Assembly (NCBI GenBank): GCA_051362555.1
Contig: CM120647.1
Location: 20,188,651-20,252,650 of the forward strand
Source: Lingula anatina
Taxonomy: Eukaryota > Animalia > Brachiopoda
Reading direction: 5' to 3'
Length of the DNA: 64,000 nucleotides
The position numbers were made by a program, and so were the translations under genes. Under the pieces are notes generated by a model, which was not told the origin of the DNA, did no database searches, and saw only the letters and a program-made list of their open reading frames with translations. Positions 59,739-64,000 of the stretch are shown here, piece by piece; within the stretch, counting starts at the first letter, position 1, and every line of letters starts with the position of its first letter.

Positions 59739-62503
59739 TAAAAGATGGCTTGGGTAGAAGTGGGCTCATGAAGAAAAAAAGCGACATACCAAAATAGAAG
59801 CACGGGCCAGAGTTCGTGCAAGTGGAACGTTACAAATTAAAGAAATTGTAGTCGTGCTTTAGATGCAAGGACACACATTTCAATCAAAACCTTATTTTGG
59901 TTATACTGTAAGCATATTAAGTTTTTATGCTTTTTACATAATTGAGTTTTTTTAGATATTCAAAAATTGAGACTGGAATACAGGAATTTCCGCGTAAAAT
60001 AACTTGTTCGTCATCATCTTCATTATCATCCTTCGCCCTTGAGCGCAATGGGAGCGGCAACAACAACACGTTTAGACCAGAGTCGTTTCTCTCTCATTAT
60101 TGAAAGGATCTCATTTTTTTGCAGACCAGTATAATTCATGATAGTTCCAAAGTAAGTTACATTTGGTCTGCCTGTATTAGCTTTTCCCCCAGGTGGTGTC
60201 CAAAATATGAGTCTGGAGACTGGCTGACCCAGTTGACGTCCGACACTTCCTTATTCCATAATTTCTTCGGTTTGGGATATTTAGCATTGAATTTTCAAAT
60301 TTTTTGACAAGGGTGCGTTTCAACGAATGTCACGCCCAGGCCAATGCACCAACTGAGACAAAAATACCAGGGGGTTCAAGTTGAGATCATGTGTGACCTA
60401 AATCTAAGAGATGAAGACACAGGTCCTTGCGGTCTAGGAGAAGCGGTAACGGTGACACACTATCCTGCGGAGCCGGCAGAGCTGTACAACGGGTCAGGAC
60501 TAAAACCATGGCTCTATTCCCATAGATTTTAGATCGATCTATCCCCGCGGGGAGTCTCACTAGATTACTTTCAGATAATCTGCCTTAAATGTCCGTCCCG
60601 CCTACTACAAGCTGTAAGGGGGTAATTAACTTTCGTGTCCGCCCGGCTGACAGCTATTTAGCGTGAACCCCCAGGGAGTTAGGTCGATCTAATCTATGGA
60701 AATGGGGTGCATGAGTACCGACAGCCAGTTAACTTTCACGGTAGTACATGTAGAACAAGCGTGCGTACTGTATCAACACGATGGTGGTGCTAAAAACACA
60801 TCCAATGTCCATTAATAAAATAGAATTCGATATTAGGAAAACTGACTTTATTTCTCGTATACATGCAATCACTGCACTTAATACAACCACGTTTAAAAGG
60901 CAGTGACGTCACAGATGACGTCAGCTTGCACGAAGATACAGTCTATGAAGACCACTGACCGGGTTCAGCAAGTTCGGCTGAAAAACAATCCAACTCTTAA
61001 ACAGCTCTCGTAAAGCCAAGCAATGCATTCCAAATAACGGAATTCAAACCTCCTGCAATTTCTCAACTTAGTTTCCATGTCAAATATATATTACAATTAA
61101 TTTTACTGATTCAAGCCAGCTGAGACACACAATTATCCCAATATACACACATTGACAACAGTCATCATTTACAAAATGGCTAATAAATTAAATGATGGTA
61201 GACCGCCTTCCACCCAATATTTTAGACTGAATTTATAACCAATTGCTCTTTTATTGGCAAAATTTTAAAACAAGCAATCACTAAAAGCCATAATACTAAT
61301 TGGCGGAAGAGCTCAATTGATAATTGACAAAATGAAGAAAAAAATAACATGACATCAAATTATACACATTACATATGTACACCATGAAATCAAGAATATA
61401 TAAATGTTCAGATTTCCAATTTCTTTCATTTTGATGCATCTTAATTGAAAGCAACGAGATGCCTTTGAAATAATTCACAATTTAGTTGGAAATTATGATC
61501 TCCTTTTGCCTTCTTAAATGAAGAAGTTTCAACTATACATTTTTTTTAAATTGCAAACCAATATATCGTTAAGATAAATATTTATATAATAACATAGTTA
61601 CTTAAGTTTTATATGCTGCCAAGGAACAAAGATTTGATCTCTGTATGGTTAGAGCCAAAATTTGACTATTAAAAGAAAAAATGACAAAGAAATTCATTTG
61701 GACTAAACTTATCCGAGGAAAATACTAATTACAAACAAACAAATAAATAGATAAAAACCCAATGCTTATTAGTTACTTTTCTTGACTGAATGCAAGCGTA
61801 AAGCTAAGATTGGGGCAAAGTGCTGATAATGCCGTTTATATGTTGTCAGTATACTAACCTTGTTAGCAATTATTTCTTTAAAACAGTTTATGACATGTTT
61901 TCATTATCCTTATGAAATGAAAAAAAAAATGCTAGGCATCCATTTTTAGTGCTCATATACAATAGTACTTCCAACAAAATTAAAATTTGAAAGAACATAT
62001 CAGTTATATCAAAAGAATTTGAAAGGAGGGCAAAAGACACTTAATCACGTTGCAACAAAAACTCAACACAAGAACATAACCAAAGATTTGTGAAAATCTA
62101 CACAAAACAAACTAAGACATGACACCAAGGTTGAGTACACAGCCTTCAATTATAAATACACAACAAATATATACAAAAATACAAATGTCAAATCTTCAAA
62201 TTGATATCGACTTGTTTATTATGTGACAATTCTGGCACAGGCTGATTTAAACTACTATACCCCATAATTAGCCCTGGGTACAAAAAAAAAATAAAAAATA
62301 AAAATTTTATGTCTCAAAGTACTTAGCTAAAAAATTAAAAAATTTAACCAAGCCAAAGGGACAATTTTCTCAAAAACAAAAATAAAGAAACAAACCTTAT
62401 CATTACTTCTAACAAATCGTCACAGATAAGAGGCAAATTGTCTGGTTGCCCTCAATATTGAGCACAGAGACTTCTTCAGGGAAAAGAAGTTGGAAAACGA
62501 GGA

Positions 62504-63797
62504 TTAAAACTGCAGATCATACACATCAAATAAGTCCGAGATGCCCTCGCTGTCTTCTAAACTGAACATGTAGTCCTCTTCTGAGAGAGGAGGTTCTAAA
62601 CACACAAAAGGGACATCAAAGTGCTGGTCCTCCGTCTGCTGAAGTAAGCTCTGTCCCTCAGCATCTGGGGAGATGTCTTGGTCATCAAGAAGTGCGTGTT
62701 TGAGAGTTGGGTCCCCTGTAAATAGGGATAAAATATTTAACTTTTTCTATCAATGAAAATAACTCAACAACTACAAAAATAAGTAAATATTAGCTATATA
62801 TTGGAAAGAGCACATATGCAAATTGAGTGACCTGTACAAAAAATTAAATTTAATTTCTTTTAAAATGAAGACAACTAAACAAATAAATCAAAAGGAGAAG
62901 GTACTACAAGCCTTGAAAGAAAAAATCACCTTGAAAACTGTCCCTGGAATTAGACTCCTCTGACGAGAAAACTGATGACGAGGACGAAGACGAAACTGAA
63001 GAGGGTGTATCAGTCCTGCTGACAACCCTTCTACTGTTGCTGGTGACAGTAGCATTATTGTTCATATTTCCAGTAATGTTACTGGCACTGGTCGTACTGC
63101 TCTGCTTATGAGTGAGATTTTTAGATTTTTTCTCATCCTTGGCCGACGTCTCTTCGGGACAGAGATACACCTCTATGGGACCTTTGGAACTCTTTAGCCA
63201 AATCTGAATGTTCTGAAATACATGAAAGGTACTTCATGACATTTCAGATTATTATCCTTACGTACCTGTAGCTAGGTCTTGGTCCGTTTGTATACTTCAT
63301 TAGTTAAGTAATATTTCAAAATTATAAAAACAATAAGTATAACAATTCTTGATTGTATATACTTGTAAATAAATAAATAAATAAATTTAAATGTCTTGAG
63401 CTTTTCCCAACATCTGTAGGATTTAATTGTTAGCATGCAAAATGCTTGAAGCTTAAGTGTGTGCCAGTTTATCATGAAAAAAAAAAATAATAAAAAATAA
63501 TAGTAAAAATGAATAAATTTTTTTAAAAAAAGCTATCTGAAGTAAAAATTATATGTACCCTACAACATTTCACCCTACCATAAATAGAAATAAAAAAAAA
63601 AAAATAAATAAATAAATAAAGAAAAATTAATAATAAAACTTAAAAGATTAAAAAAAGTAAAATAAAATAAAATAACCCTTACTTGTGCTGGGTCAGGTAC
63701 CTCTAACCGTGTCTGTGGTGGAGCCTTGATAGCTACGACTGTCTGATCCTTGAAGGATTCCACGCCTCGGATGTCCTGATATGTGACATACGCTAAC
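62504..63797 (-). CDS. E2F: E2F transcription factor (E2F1/2/3-like), last three coding exons; 5' part lies beyond the window
   Basis: Exons 63683-63797 ([36 protein letters not shown]), 62930-63212 ([20 protein letters not shown], marked box), 62504-62715 (..[35 protein letters not shown], pocket-protein-binding motif). Confidence 0.93.
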
Positions 63798-63812
63798 GTG
63801 CGCAGTTAAGGA
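63798..63812 (-). other. U12-type (AT-AC) intron branch point and acceptor of E2F
   Basis: Minus strand TCCTTAAC-TGCGC-AC|G TTA GCG TAT: U12 branch consensus immediately upstream of an AC acceptor that restores the E2F frame. Confidence 0.85.
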
Positions 63813-64000
63813 GGGAAACAAGTTCTAACAAGTACGAACACCATATAATAATGGATCGCATACAATTCAAGTCCCAGGAAGTTAATTTAGTACATTTACC
63901 TACTCAGTTATGTCAATACAACTGAAGTAGGAATGTGCTTTTTTGTAAAAGGCAAGAATTCCTCCTTTAAAAATAATTTAAGCAGAATCTCACAATCTTT

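Larger units (their letters stand above)
27700..61105. repeat. Tandem segmental duplication array carrying four GPCR units
   Basis: 27705-28070 matches 34394-34770; 28070-28560 matches 37473-38060; 40213-47055 matches 48142-57944; 52140-52395 matches 60790-61105. A ~370 bp upstream block recurs four times. Confidence 0.9.

Overview
AT-rich, intron-containing animal genomic DNA, most likely a lophotrochozoan such as a mollusc (inferred from gene content, not proven). A complete 12-exon epsilon-tubulin gene (TUBE1, minus strand, 6028-20161) hosts two antisense nested genes in adjacent introns. One is a two-exon, double-homeodomain TALE-class (SPILE-like) homeobox gene whose promoter is saturated with TGACA and CAGGTA motifs. 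The other is a RING/Pro-rich/NHL E3 ligase with a PSAP motif and a C-terminal CaaX-like end. TUBE1 is head-to-head with a 7-exon DNAJC27/RBJ gene across a short spacer containing an X-box-like motif. About 27.7-61.1 kb is a tandem array of four single-coding-exon class A GPCRs (FMRFamide-receptor-like/chemoreceptor-like) with mosaic similarity. The array is interspersed with a Gmr1-type Gypsy relic, two copies of a long-TIR Polinton/Maverick-derived mini-element, and several MITEs. The window ends in the last three coding exons of an E2F gene (minus strand), including the acceptor of a U12 AT-AC intron. Exon coordinates were read by hand from splice signals and reading frame; no database searches were run.
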